A stretch of 62,463 bases of DNA, filler included. It is 8 parts of 8 records of this genome, joined end to end, with 100 filler letters (N's around TTAATTAATTAA, not from the genome) between each part and the next. Parts side by side here need not be neighbours in the genome. Positions count along the whole stretch, not along the records: positions 1 to 5,730 come from SRR31156797_56009; positions 5,831 to 16,432 come from SRR31156797_56055; 6 more parts are not named here. One strand, given 5' to 3'. Each line of letters starts with the position of its first letter. Within the stretch, counting starts at the first letter, position 1. Shown here one piece after another: positions 1-11,900 of the stretch. The position numbers and the translations under genes are program-made. Under the pieces are notes generated by a model that was not told the DNA's origin, did no database searches, and was given only the letters and a program-made list of their open reading frames with translations.

Positions 1-101
1 TTGCGAGGAGGAACGACGAAGCAATCTCGTTCAATTTTATTCGAGATTGCTTCGTCATTTTTCTTCAAGCTTTGCTTTGAGAAAAATTTCCTCGCAATGA
101 C
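1..101. repeat. Nested palindromic REP-like element ((GTCA)TTGCGAG...CTCGCAATGAC type), left end cut by the window edge
   Basis: Outer inverted repeat TTGCGAGGA (1-9) / TCCTCGCAA (89-97). Perfect 15-bp inner inverted repeat GACGAAGCAATCTCG (15-29) / CGAGATTGCTTCGTC (42-56). A third imperfect hairpin at about 57-88. Confidence 0.8.
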
Positions 102-137
102 GACTTCGATTTTTTTGGAGCTTTATTTGAATGACAA

Positions 138-1565
138 TCATTGAAAAAACTCCGGTTTAAAATTCACCAAATACAACTGATCCGTCGCGCGCGTAAATGC
201 AGTGTAGAGCCATCTCAAATAATCAATTCCCAGCATATCTTCTGTAAAATAGCCGGCATCAACAAAAACAGTGTGCCACTGTCCACCCTGTGATTTGTGG
301 CAGGTGAAGGCGTATGCGTATTTTACCTGCATGGCATTGAAGTAGGGGTCTTCTTTAATGGCTTCGAAGCGTTTCTTTTTGGATGTAATATGGTTGTAGT
401 TTTCTTCAACCGCAAAAAATAAATTACGATTTTCTTCGGCGCTCAGGCTGGGAGCTTCGCTGTGCATGGCATCAATAATGATTTTTACGTCCAGTTCTAT
501 GTCATCATAATCTTGTGGTTTGATTGTAATGTCAGCAAATCGAAATCCATATTTTTCTTCGTATTTACGAATAGCTATCACTTCCACAAAGTCGCCATTG
601 GCAATAAAATCAGTGTTTTGAAGTGTTTTAGCCCAATAGTAATTGTTTTTCACCACCATCAATCGGTCGCCTGGTGATATCTCACTTTCGTGCCACAATA
701 CCTGATTACGAATACCCTGATTATACAAGTTGGCTTGTTTATTTGAGCGGGTAACTACTGCCACATTATTTACACCCACAGATTGGTAATGATCTCCTAC
801 TATTTCAACAAAATCCTGTCCCGATATACGATGCAAATCCGGAAATCCTTCATAATCAATCTTTGGGATTCCGTAATTTTTACTGGCAAGTTGCAATCGC
901 AAATTAGTGGCATTGAGTAAAATACCTGACTCTCTGGTTTGTCTTACAACCTGTCGGAGCGTTATAACCTGTGGCTCTTTGGCAAAACTCTGTATTACCT
1001 GTTCACGTAGGGCAGGGCTGAGTGAAAGTCCCACAGGTGGGAGCTGAGCCACATCACCTACCAGAATCAGTTTGCAGTTTTCGCCTGAATACACATAGCG
1101 AATGAGGTCTGCAAGCAGATTGCCGCTACCAAACATATTTTCACCATCGGTGCGGTCCCCAATCATGGATGCTTCATCAACGATGAAGATGGTATGCTTG
1201 TGCAAATTTCGGTCTACCACAAAACCGGAATTAAACTCTTTTCCTGATTTTTGACGATAAATTTTCTTGTGAATAGTAGAAGCCTGTTTTTTAGCATAAA
1301 AAGAAAATACTTTTGCTGCCCTTCCGGTTGGTGCCAATAAAACACTACGTTGTTTATTTTTTTCTAAAACTCTCACCAAAGCCCCTATAATTGAGGTTTT
1401 ACCGGTACCTGCGTAACCTCTGATCATTAGCACAGGCTCACTAATTCGATCTGAAGTACTTGTCATAACAAAAGACGACATGAGCTCGGCCACTTGCACC
1501 TGATCTGTGGTCGGTTCAAAGCCTAGCTCTTGTAAAATCAAGGATGTCAATTGTTTTTGCATCAT
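138..1565 (-). CDS. RecD-like SF1B ATP-dependent helicase (AAA_30 plus UvrD-like C-terminus)
   Basis: Walker A GYAGTGKT, APTGRAA, Walker B IVDEASM, VGDVAQLPPV, VVRQ, TCHKSQG, WLYTAFTRA. Confidence 0.9.
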   Translation of the reverse strand: MMQKQLTSLILQELGFEPTTDQVQVAELMSSFVMTSTSDRISEPVLMIRGYAGTGKTSIIGALVRVLEKNKQRSVLLAPTGRAAKVFSFYAKKQASTIHKKIYRQKSGKEFNSGFVVDRNLHKHTIFIVDEASMIGDRTDGENMFGSGNLLADLIRYVYSGENCKLILVGDVAQLPPVGLSLSPALREQVIQSFAKEPQVITLRQVVRQTRESGILLNATNLRLQLASKNYGIPKIDYEGFPDLHRISGQDFVEIVGDHYQSVGVNNVAVVTRSNKQANLYNQGIRNQVLWHESEISPGDRLMVVKNNYYWAKTLQNTDFIANGDFVEVIAIRKYEEKYGFRFADITIKPQDYDDIELDVKIIIDAMHSEAPSLSAEENRNLFFAVEENYNHITSKKKRFEAIKEDPYFNAMQVKYAYAFTCHKSQGGQWHTVFVDAGYFTEDMLGIDYLRWLYTAFTRATDQLYLVNFKPEFFQ

Positions 1566-1641
1566 AAATAGAATTTTTTTTCGTTATGACAATATCACGT
1601 AAATTAATGTCCTGCAAAAATGGTGAATATAAAATAATTTA

Positions 1642-1649
1642 TAAATTTG
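1642..1649 (+). promoter_or_regulatory. Bacteroidota sigma70 -7 promoter element
   Basis: TAAATTTG matches TAnnTTTG, about 45 nt upstream of the ATG at 1693. No clear -33 TTTG. Confidence 0.45.
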
Positions 1650-1692
1650 CAGACACATAAAAGTTAAAACAAATAAACAAATTTATAGTCCA

Positions 1693-2319
1693 ATGAGAGT
1701 TATATTGCAAATTGTATTAGCTATCGCAGCAGTATTGCTGGCTGTTTTACTTGTATTGAGTATCTACGAACCTATCGAATTTAAGAAAGAGCGTGAAAAA
1801 CGCTTCGAGAAGGTTATTGAAAACCTAAAACAAATTCGTCAAGCTCAGGTTGCTTACAAAGAGGTATACAACCGCTACACAGGAAGTTTTGATACTTTAA
1901 TTGAATTTGTAAAGTTTGATTCTTTAGCATTGGTAAGAGCTGAAGGAACCATTCCTGAAGAGTACATTGACTCTTTAAAAAGTAGAAGTAAAGCTGAACT
2001 GTTAGCTTTAAAGCAAGGCTTAATCAAGCGTGATACCATCAAAATCAGTGTAAAAGATTCATTGTTTGGTCGTGAGTTTGATGTGGCAACATTGCCTATT
2101 GTGCCTTATACAAAAGATGCTATGTTTGAAATGGCTGTGGGTGAAGTTACTGCCTCAGGTTTACCTGTTAAAGTTTTTGAAGCCAAAGTTTTAAATGAAA
2201 TAATTCTTAATGGTCTGAATAAGAGGCTGATCGCTACTTATAACGATGGAAAAGACTATCCTGGATTAAAAGTAGGATCGCTTGAAGAGGCCAATAATAA
2301 TGCAGGTAACTGGGAGTAG
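1693..2319 (+). CDS. Conserved Bacteroidota membrane-anchored protein with a pilin-like N-terminal helix
   Basis: N-terminal TM helix followed by VIENLKQIRQAQVAYKEVYNRYT. C-terminus LKVGSLEEANNNAGNWE. Confidence 0.75.
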   Translation: MRVILQIVLAIAAVLLAVLLVLSIYEPIEFKKEREKRFEKVIENLKQIRQAQVAYKEVYNRYTGSFDTLIEFVKFDSLALVRAEGTIPEEYIDSLKSRSKAELLALKQGLIKRDTIKISVKDSLFGREFDVATLPIVPYTKDAMFEMAVGEVTASGLPVKVFEAKVLNEIILNGLNKRLIATYNDGKDYPGLKVGSLEEANNNAGNWE

Positions 2320-2324
2320 CGCCA

Positions 2325-3188
2325 ATGGAATATTCCGTTTCGACGATATCAAAAATCGACGAAAGATTTGATTTAAATAAAATTCCACACTATATAAAAT
2401 CCATTCAGCTGAGCCTGGATGGATTTTCTTATATTGTGACAGACCCTCAATTGCAAACACATTTGGTGTTGCGACATTACGATTTTGGGTCGCCTTTGTC
2501 ACTCCAAAAATTAAGTGAGATTTGTAAAGATCTTTTCAAAAACGAAGATATTTTATCTCAAAGTACAACCCATTTTAATCTTTCATTTATTTCACGACCC
2601 TGGACAATGGTGCCTGAAATGCTCTTTATGGAGTCCAGAGTGAATGAAATTCTGAATGTGAACTTTCCCAATAATGACTATGCAGATATAGTTTCACTGA
2701 AAGTTCCGGGCTCGCAAACTTTATTTGTAAGTCGTTTGCCACATATTTTGAAAGATGCTATACCTGAAACGTTTCAAATGAATTTTATCCCTCAACAGGT
2801 ACCTATGGCCATTAATGCTATCCAGGAACTGACAGGGAATAAAATGAGTTCAGGTTTATTTTTAAATGTGCATGATCAGTTTATTGATGTGATGTACATT
2901 GAAAACAACAAAATCCGGTTTTATAATAATTTTAAGTGCCAACAATATGCCGATGTGCTTTATTTTACGCTGGCAACCATTGAAGAATTGAAATTGAAAC
3001 CTGAAGAGGTAAATGTCTTTCTTCAAGGAAATGAATTGGTGAAAGAAATTATTCCGGGGGAATTGAAAATACACATCAAAAATATCTTTTTGGATAAAAA
3101 TTGGCGTGGTTTAGCTTATTCCCATCATTTTGATCCGTTGCCATTGTATGAGTATAAACTTCTATCAGGAATTTACGCATGCGGATAA
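2325..3188 (+). CDS. DUF3822 family protein
   Basis: SIQLSLDGFSY N-terminal motif and FYNNF...DVLYFTL. Position directly upstream of rsmD as usual in Bacteroidota. Confidence 0.8.
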   Translation: MEYSVSTISKIDERFDLNKIPHYIKSIQLSLDGFSYIVTDPQLQTHLVLRHYDFGSPLSLQKLSEICKDLFKNEDILSQSTTHFNLSFISRPWTMVPEMLFMESRVNEILNVNFPNNDYADIVSLKVPGSQTLFVSRLPHILKDAIPETFQMNFIPQQVPMAINAIQELTGNKMSSGLFLNVHDQFIDVMYIENNKIRFYNNFKCQQYADVLYFTLATIEELKLKPEEVNVFLQGNELVKEIIPGELKIHIKNIFLDKNWRGLAYSHHFDPLPLYEYKLLSGIYACG

Positions 3189-3715
3189 TTAGTGGTACAC
3201 ATAAGGGCAGACAAATTCATCCACCGGCCAATTTTAAGGCCAGGCCCACTACCGATATTGCACGCGAAGGCTTGTTCAATATTTTGAACAACAAAGTAGA
3301 TTTTGAAGAGATTAAAGTAGCTGATTTATTCGGTGGAACAGGCGCTGTGACGTATGAGTTTTGTTCGCGTGGCGTGCAGGAGGTATATTGTATTGAGATG
3401 CTACCTGCTCATTTCCGTTTTATTAGAAAAACAGCTGCTGATTTGGGTTTCGACCAAATTAAATTATACAGAAATAATGCCTTCCATGCCATTGATAAGC
3501 TACCCAAAAATCATTTTGATATCGTATTTGCCGATCCACCATTTGATATGCCCAATAAAGAACGATTGATCAACAATGTGATGCAGTCCGGTATTTTGAA
3601 AGATGGATTTTTAATTCTGGAACATTCTGATAAAGAGCAATATAATACCTCAAAATATTTTACCGAAATACGAAAGTACGGTAAAGTGAACTTCTCATTC
3701 TTTTCAAATGAATAG
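3179..3715 (+). CDS. rsmD: 16S rRNA m2G966 methyltransferase
   Basis: MRIISG..KGR, RPTTD..REGLFN, DLFGGTG, FADPPF, ILEH, YG. Confidence 0.93.
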   Translation: MRIISGTHKGRQIHPPANFKARPTTDIAREGLFNILNNKVDFEEIKVADLFGGTGAVTYEFCSRGVQEVYCIEMLPAHFRFIRKTAADLGFDQIKLYRNNAFHAIDKLPKNHFDIVFADPPFDMPNKERLINNVMQSGILKDGFLILEHSDKEQYNTSKYFTEIRKYGKVNFSFFSNE

Positions 3716-3744
3716 AGATAGAATGAAAACGATTTGTTTTCTAA

Positions 3745-3868
3745 AGAGCTTGATTCGAAATGTTCAAGTTCAAGGCTTTCTCTTTCTGAAAAATAAGGAT
3801 TTTACTATCGTAAATGACTGTTTTCAGAAAGAGTATAACGCAGAAATTGGGCATTTCGAGCAAGCACT
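3745..3868. mobile_element. ERIC-like miniature inverted-repeat element (about 124 bp)
   Basis: Imperfect terminal IRs AGAGCTTGATTCGAAATGTTCAAGTTC / GAAATTGGGCATTTCGAGCAAGCACT. Inner 13-bp IR CTCTTTCTGAAAA / TTTTCAGAAAGAG. Core AGGATTTTACTATCGTAAATGACTG flanked by TCAAGGC and AACGCAGA. Confidence 0.75.
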
Positions 3869-3879
3869 AACGAATTTTT

Positions 3880-5031
3880 ATGAGTTTACTTAGGCTTAAA
3901 AGGAAAAGGATTTTTACCATTGCCTTTTCGCATTATGTGCATGATGTATATTCTGCATTCTTTGCCCCTGTATTACCATTACTGGTGAGCAAATTGGGAA
4001 TTAGCTATACCAGTGTGGGTTTATTGCAGGTTATTCAGCGGTCACCTTCATTTTTCATGCCCTTCATTGGCATTTTGGCGGAGAAAGTGGCCTTACGATT
4101 TTTTGTAATATGGAGTCCGGCAATTACCGCTATCACAATGAGTTTGTTGGGAGTAGTGCCCAATGTGTGGTTGCTCATGGTATTGTTGGTAATTATGGGC
4201 GCAGCCAGTGCACTGTATCATGTGCCGGCACCGGTAATGTTGAAGCAAATCACCACACATAAACTCGGATTCGCCACCAGTATGTACATGCTGGCCGGGG
4301 AGTTGGCCAGAACCTCAGGTCCCATGATTGTTTTGGGAGCTATTTCAATCCTCACATTTGAAGGCACATGGTTATTGATGTTTTTTGGTATTTTCTCCTC
4401 CTTGTTTTTACACTTTCATTTGAAAGATATTGCAGTATCTAAAAACATAAAAAAAGCACCCGATTTAGGCCAGTTGAAACAGACTTTTAAGGCACACTCA
4501 AGTTTGTTTGTTGTAATGTTTTTTATCATGATGTTTCGGGCCATGATTAAAACATCGTTGTCGACATTTTTGACCATTTATTTAACAGAGAATGGACGAA
4601 CATTATTTATTGCCGGGGTAGGACTAACCATTCTGCAAGCTGCAGGCGCTGTGGGCACCTTACTTTCGGGCACACTTTCAGATTTTATAGGACGTAAGAA
4701 AATTATTGTGGTAACTACTATTCTGGCACCGGTATTTATGTTTGGATTTATTCAAACTGAAGGGTTGCTGCAAACAATATTTTTAATTTTAACCGGATTT
4801 GTAATCTTTGCCAGTGGGCCGGTTTTTATGGCTTTAGTGTTGAATGCCAGTAAGAAAAATCATGCTTTCATGAATAGCCTGAATATGACCATTAGCTTTG
4901 CCGGCGGGAGTATTGCGGCCTTGTTTATCGGAACTTTATCAGATTTTTCCGGAATCAATAATACTTTTCTTTATGCTACAATTTTAGCTACCTTTGCGAT
5001 TCCATTTACGTTTTTTTTACCAAAAGAATAG
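3880..5031 (+). CDS. MFS transporter, Fsr (fosmidomycin resistance)-like
   Basis: About 12 hydrophobic segments, H..HD.Y..F.APVLP start, ALYHVPA, GTLSDFIGRK motif A. Confidence 0.85.
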   Translation: MSLLRLKRKRIFTIAFSHYVHDVYSAFFAPVLPLLVSKLGISYTSVGLLQVIQRSPSFFMPFIGILAEKVALRFFVIWSPAITAITMSLLGVVPNVWLLMVLLVIMGAASALYHVPAPVMLKQITTHKLGFATSMYMLAGELARTSGPMIVLGAISILTFEGTWLLMFFGIFSSLFLHFHLKDIAVSKNIKKAPDLGQLKQTFKAHSSLFVVMFFIMMFRAMIKTSLSTFLTIYLTENGRTLFIAGVGLTILQAAGAVGTLLSGTLSDFIGRKKIIVVTTILAPVFMFGFIQTEGLLQTIFLILTGFVIFASGPVFMALVLNASKKNHAFMNSLNMTISFAGGSIAALFIGTLSDFSGINNTFLYATILATFAIPFTFFLPKE

Positions 5032-5034
5032 GGT

Positions 5035-5637
5035 ATGTCAACAATAAAGAATGTTTGTGTTTTTTGCGGCTCTCATATTGGGAACAGTGTAATTTTTAAG
5101 AATGAAACCAAAGCTTTAGGACAGTTATTGGCTTCGAATAATTTTAATTTAGTTTATGGCGGAGCCAATGTGGGTTTAATGAAAGAAGTTGCCGAAAGCT
5201 ACATGAGTAGCGGTGGCTATGCTGTGGGTGTAATACCTGATTTTTTAGCAGAAAAACATCTGGTTCAGCCCGGATTGAACGAAACTATTTTGGTGAAATC
5301 TATGCATGAGCGTAAATTCAAAATGGCTGAAAAAGCTGATGCTTTTGTAGCGCTGCCCGGTGGCTATGGTACATTGGAAGAGTTGTTTGAGATTATAACA
5401 GCATCTCAGCTGGCTTTACATAAAAAGCCGATTGTGTTGGGTAATTTCAATGGATTTTACGATCACATGATTGCGCACCGCGATACCATGATTAAAGAAG
5501 GTTTTGTGCAAAAAGTACATGAGCAAACCTTTGTGTCAGCTAATAGTGCGGCAGAAATTATCAAAGCATTGAAAACGTATAAAGCTCCAAGCGCTCCAAA
5601 GTATGTGGAGAGTGTGCATAAGCGGTATAACGGGTAG
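5035..5637 (+). CDS. LOG family (TIGR00730) nucleotide phosphoribohydrolase
   Basis: VCVFCGS, LVYGG..GLM, SMHERK, ALPGGYGTLEE. Confidence 0.92.
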   Translation: MSTIKNVCVFCGSHIGNSVIFKNETKALGQLLASNNFNLVYGGANVGLMKEVAESYMSSGGYAVGVIPDFLAEKHLVQPGLNETILVKSMHERKFKMAEKADAFVALPGGYGTLEELFEIITASQLALHKKPIVLGNFNGFYDHMIAHRDTMIKEGFVQKVHEQTFVSANSAAEIIKALKTYKAPSAPKYVESVHKRYNG

Positions 5638-5730
5638 TTAATTCAGTATTGAGTTTTGAGTGTTGAGTCCCGAAATACTCAAATTTTAATTTGATTAGTA
5701 TTTCGTGGATGCTCGAAAAATTACAAAAAT

Positions 5731-5830
5731 NNNNNNNNNNNNNNNNNNNNNNNNNNNNNNNNNNNNNNNNNNNNTTAATTAATTAANNNNNNNNNNNNNN
5801 NNNNNNNNNNNNNNNNNNNNNNNNNNNNNN
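5731..5830. other. Artificial contig linker 1
   Basis: N44-TTAATTAATTAA-N44, stops in all six frames. Confidence 0.99.
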
Positions 5831-5919
5831 AAATTCATCCAACTTCTGAGACCAATAAACAATCCTAACAAACAGAATAAAGGCTACACAATTATTTTCA
5901 TTAATTCTAAATATTACTC

Positions 5920-5953
5920 AAAAAAAGCCCAGTAACATAACGTTACCGGACTT
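5920..5953 (-). terminator. Intrinsic terminator of the giant T9SS gene
   Basis: Minus strand AAGTCCGGTAAC-GTTAT-GTTACTGGGCTT followed by a T-run, 30 nt past the stop. Confidence 0.75.
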
Positions 5954-5983
5954 GATCTATACTTACTTTCTATTTACTTATCA

Positions 5984-8900
5984 CTAGTTTGTCGTCACAA
6001 CTTTTTTCTGATAAACATTGTCGCCTATACTTGCCTTAATGATATACATTGTATTTGCTTTAGGCAGTACTAACTCTGTTTCGCTTGAGTCTACTTTCTG
6101 CTGCATAATTAATTGTCCGGCCAAATTATATACCTCAACTAGTTTGTAGCTCTCTGATAAAAGACTTTCATCTAATTTGACAAAAGCTGAATGATTTACT
6201 CCATAGATAACAGCTTCACCTTTTGTAATATTCTCAACATCTGTTGTTAATTGCTCAAAAATCAGTTCAAATCTGTCGTTAGAAGCTGCAGCTTGTGGAG
6301 TAAAGCTATAAGAAGGTGTTTCCCTTAAATTAACCGTTACTCCTTCTAATTTATCCACTAAATAAACCGAAGTGTGTGGATAAAAACCTTCAATATTATT
6401 TGCTCTATAAGTAAACAGCTCCATTCCACTTTCTGAAACCTGATAACCTAGCTGAACAACTTCTTGTATTCCCTCCAAAGTAGGCAAGTAATTAACAGCC
6501 ACTTTCTTACTCGCTTTTAAACTATAAATATTGGCTGCATCTCCACTATTCAGTAGTTTTTCAGAATCTAAACGAGTAACTTCCTCTGAACCATTATCTC
6601 CAAACAGAACCACAGCTTCATCCGTTGCTTTACTACTTCTCAATTCCATCCTAAAGATATTCTCATCATCCATTCCACTACTTTTCAAACTTCCTGTAGA
6701 ATGAGCTCTTGCCGAGGATGCTACTAAAAAATCAGAAACCACATAATTTCTTAACCACATTGCCTGACCCGGAGCAATATACCTGGAACCTCCATTTAAT
6801 CCCACATTAGTTTCAATATTATAAGTTACAACTAGACCATTATATGCATCTATATAAACTGTTTTCATAAAATTATCCAAATCAAATCCTACCTCCTCAA
6901 CATCAATATAAGATGGATAAGGATTGGCAAAATGATGCCATTGACCTGTTAAACTGCTTTTTGAATAAGAGGCATCACTATTTAGCGTTCCCGAATACAC
7001 CAAAGTCTCTCCTGCATCTCTCAATAAAAATGAATAACCTTCTAACTCATCATTAAATGGATATGCATCGCTATAGATTTCATTTATACCTCCAACTCTC
7101 TCCCATGCGGTAGTAAATCTATTTAAGGCATAAGTATCTGCTCCAATCGAGGCATCATACTCACTTTCTGCTACACCTGTAACTTCATGACTGATATGAT
7201 ACCAGTATCTTTCTGTAAATCCGGTTCTTTGCACTTGAGCCTCTCCCGATACGGTTCCGTATGTAATAACTGAGGTTGGGTTAGTTACCGTGTTTTGAAT
7301 AATCAATCCATCATTTATGGTGGAAAGATCTCCATTGATGGTTACTTGTGATCCTGCAGCCAGAGTCAATGTACCTGACGAAATTGTAAGGTCATTCATT
7401 TGAGCTACACCATCTATTTCGGCATTATTAGGCGTACCCATAACTATGGTAACATCAGAACCTGCTGTCGGCACAATATCGCTCGACCAGTTTCCGGCTG
7501 TAAACCAATCGTTACTTACGTCTCCAACCCATGTATAGGCAGGAATAACAATAGATCCAAAGGTATAATAATTACCTTCCGAACTCCACTCATTAAACGT
7601 AACATTTCCTGAAGTTGAAACATTACCCGAATTCGTATCTCCGGTTGGAGAACCAATACTTACTTCACTCCATGCATCCGTACCTAAATCCTGCCAATCC
7701 ACTAGTCGGAAATCTGTATCCGGATTTACACCACTATGCGACCCCCAATATAAGGTCAACTGCGCATTAGCTGCAACAGGTGCTAATATTCTCCAGAATT
7801 CACTATGACTTACATAGGCAACATCACCAGTTACTGTTTCCGGATCCATAGCTCTTGTTGCATACGCTCCCGGACTAATACCAATGTATTCTGCCTCCCA
7901 CAACCCGCCAGATGAAGCATCCAGAGTGATATCGAATTTCCCATATGTACTTCCATATCCAACCGGGAAAGTAAACGAACTACTATTTAGTATTTGCTTT
8001 TGCATCGGACCTGCTACATAACTTGTAGATGAGCCTCCAACAACAGCATCTGTTGCTGTATTGGTAATGGTTAACATACTTGTAGATGAAGATTCAATAT
8101 TCCCTGTTGTTAAATACAAATCGTTAATTACTTCTGCATTCGATTGTAAATCTAAACCGGAAGCATTATCAATCTCCAGATTATAAAACTCTCCTCCGCC
8201 AGAAGATGTAAACTCTACTGCTCCTGAGACACTTTGCAACGTTGAACCATTAAAAGTAATAGTAGATGTTCCAATTCCTGCATCAAAAGTACCTGCACTA
8301 AAAATTAAATCCCCTTGCAAAGCAATATCACTATCATACGTATTTATGATATCCGGGCCATTAATTGTGAGGTCACCGTATAACTGAACATCAATATTAG
8401 GTAATTCCCGGTCTCCGGTTCCACTAAACAACACACTATTTACATTAGGCAATTCACTTAATACAGCATAATTTGAAGATCCTGCGTATTCTAAAACACC
8501 TCCGGAAGCTGAAAAGAAATTATCATATGAACCAGCCGGCAAATCTCCGTTTTCTAATTTCAAGGTTCCTGTTCCCATTACATCACCTAAACGATGACCA
8601 ATAGAACTGCCTACACTTAGTATTCCTGTTTCCCTAATATAAGTTCGATAAGAGGACATAAAGTTACTTGGCATACTTACCACATCGCCATTATCAATAT
8701 AAACAACCGCTCCTTTAGGACCTGTACCAGAAGGAACGCCATCACCCGGCGTACCAATTGCTTCCGTATCCGGATCATAGGTAGCCCATGTCGTTATTGT
8801 TGTCCACGGACCATCTGTAACTGATATAAAAGCCTGTACCTCATCTGGGATTGCTCCTCCTGCTGTATAATCACCATCTATACCTGCATCATCTGTATTT

Positions 8901-11900
8901 GAGAAGGTAAACTTAGAAATATCCGTAGCATCAGCATATCCCATAAATTCATCGGTTGAGTATTTATTCCAGTTTACACTCCCCAGTAATATTCTCGCAG
9001 TATAGTAAGCTGAAGTATCTCCTACTGCATCATCATCATAAGAATACATATAAGCGTCCGCTGAAAATCCAGTAATATCATCCGCATCCAGAGTCCAATT
9101 ATACTGTAATACACTACCTTGATCCGCAACAGGAACCGAAACGTGTGGTTCATCTGCAGCTTTTACCCTGATACTTCCAGGAGAACCGGTTCCATTTTTA
9201 TTAGATGTAACATCCAGCGTTATTGGTGTATATTTTCCTAGTGAACCAATTGGGTAAGTAAAAGAACTTGAACCTGAAATGACAGGGAAGTATTTTTCTA
9301 TTCCATTATCGGTAAATGACAAGTTTGTTTGAATCATGCTCGATTCAGAGAAGCTATCATCTGTCTCAATAACTGCTGTTGAATCAATTACTAATAAATT
9401 TCTACCAATATCAAACACTCCATCCTCCAACCTCAATTTAGTGGTAAAATTCACCGATCCGGATTGCGTTGGCAACACAACTCCTCCTCCTGTGTTATCA
9501 ATGGTAAATATGGAGAAAGTACCACTTCCCTGAACCTGCTGCACATCACCTGTACTTCCCATAACAATACCTCTACCACTCGTACTTACTGTTGTAACAT
9601 CATTAGTTAAATCACCTTCCACAGTTAAATCATATGTTACTGTATTTAAAGTTCCACTGCTTAGTGTTAAATCTCCTCCTACAGTAATAGCATGTCCCAG
9701 AATTAAAGTCCCTGCACCTGTCTCTTTGATAACATCAGCAAAACTAACGGTTCCCGAACCTGAAATAGTCTGATCGGAAGCCCCGGTAAAATAGGTTGTA
9801 TTACTATTGGGGATATATTCTCCATTTACTACCAAATTCCCATTTAATGTTAAATCCAAACCATTGGCATTGAAATCAATATTCGCCCCAACCGTAAGAT
9901 CCTCACCTATTGTATGCCCGATAGTTAATAATCTAATTTCATTACCACTTCCAGTTCCGCTAGCTGTACCTCCTAATAGCGTTATATCATTTAAACTTTC
10001 AGTAGCATAAATTGCATATATTTCATTGGTATCATATTGTACATCAAATGTAAATCCTGCATCTACACCACCATAAGTAACCGTTTCAGGATCAAAATAT
10101 AATGATGGAACAGTTGAACTACCATTTGAACGCTGAATTAATATCACATCACCAGCAGCCTGATCAAAAGAACTTCCTGTCCCTAAGATTTCGAACATAC
10201 CTCGAGTATTTGTACCGGCATCTTCTGAACCAATAGTAACATTTCCTCCTCTTTGTGTAAAAGATAATATTCCTGCATCATTATTAGTCACCCTGCTTAT
10301 CTGAGAGCCAACATCCAGTACAGCACTATTACTTACACTTATGCTTGAACTTCCAGTTGATAAAAAATGAATATAACGAGCTATATCAACACTCCCTGAA
10401 TTATCTAAGATCAGACTACCCTCCAGTTTTATTCCTGAACCAGCAGATGAACAAAGAACAGTAGATTGATTATCAACTCTTAATATTGCATCTCCAGGTA
10501 TTTCAAAATCATAAGCGCCACTTAAATTAAGTTCCAGATTTGTAAAGTCACTCGAATTTAGATGACATTCTCCTGCAATAAGCTCTAAAGGTTTAGTTGC
10601 TCCCGTTGTAGCTCCTGTTAAAGTAAAACCGGATGTAAACTCAATCTTTTTTCCAACCGATTTATTGACTTCAACTCTTTCAAAACTTGCACTTCCACTT
10701 CCTACAGAGAAAGTAGCATCTTCGGTTCCTTCAAAAACAACTGTCATATCACTCAGATTTATTATTCCGGAACCTACCACTATATTTCCATCTATATACA
10801 GATGATTTTCATTAGAACCTGTGTCATTAAACTCCCCGGCATCAGTAAAGTTAATATCTCCGGAAACATCCAGATACCTATTTACTCCTGCATTGTTAAA
10901 TGTTAAAGTACCAGTTCCTATGTTTATATCCCCCACAACTGTAACAATTTCATTACCATATGTCAGTAGGTTAAACGTACCACTTTCAACCTCAAGATTT
11001 CCATTGATATATAAATCTTCTCCCTGATCACTCCTAACCTCTCCAGAGCCTGATATCTTTAAATTTGAATAATAAGGTAAAACAGAATTAGAAGGAAGAT
11101 CTCTGGGACTACCTGTGCCCGTAAATTCAATTGTAGAGCTGGTAGAGTTACAAAATTCATTGTGACTTCCAGTAATTAAGGCATAATCCGCCCAGTTACT
11201 ATCCTCCTCGTATATGAGCGTTCCATCTCCTTTTATAATATCAATAGTATGACCTGAAGTTCCATCTGACACATATAATGTACCATCAATTTGAACCTGA
11301 GAAGCCTGGGCTGTTGACGCATCAATAGTAATTGTTTGTCCCGCTTCAATAATCACAAAATCAGCTGGACCAGGTGCATCATCACCCGGATCCAAAGCTG
11401 CTCCTCCCGAAGTCAAAGACCATGAAGTAGGATCATCCCAGGTATTGTCCGTTATTGCATAAAGCGAACGAACTGTATTATAATCATTTGCTTTACCTAA
11501 GGTAAAATCATCCTCTAAACTAGCCGAATATGGAAAAGTAAAAACCGAACCACTCCTTACATTTGAAGCTGTCTCATTCCATGTTGTACCAGTTAAATAA
11601 GCACCTTTTTTTTCTACATTTGATGCTAAAGATGTGTAATAAGTAAAAACATATTGTAAGTTTCCACTAATAGCATCAAAACCCGACTGCTTCATTTTCC
11701 AATAATAATCTAATGTTGATGAACTGGCATCAGAAGTTGGATGCTTACTATCTACAGGAACTACAGTTAAGAAACCTGCTGTTGTTCCTGACGCTCCACT
11801 AGCATTAATAACTGCAGGAGAATACTTTCCTGATTGACCCACCGGAAAAGTAGCAACGGTTTCATTGGTTGTAGTTACCGTAAAACCCATAGTCAAAGAA

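Noticed and set aside
3708-3893. 61-aa ORF as an independent protein-coding gene
   Set aside because: It consists mostly of the palindromic MITE. Kept only as a possible coupling frame.
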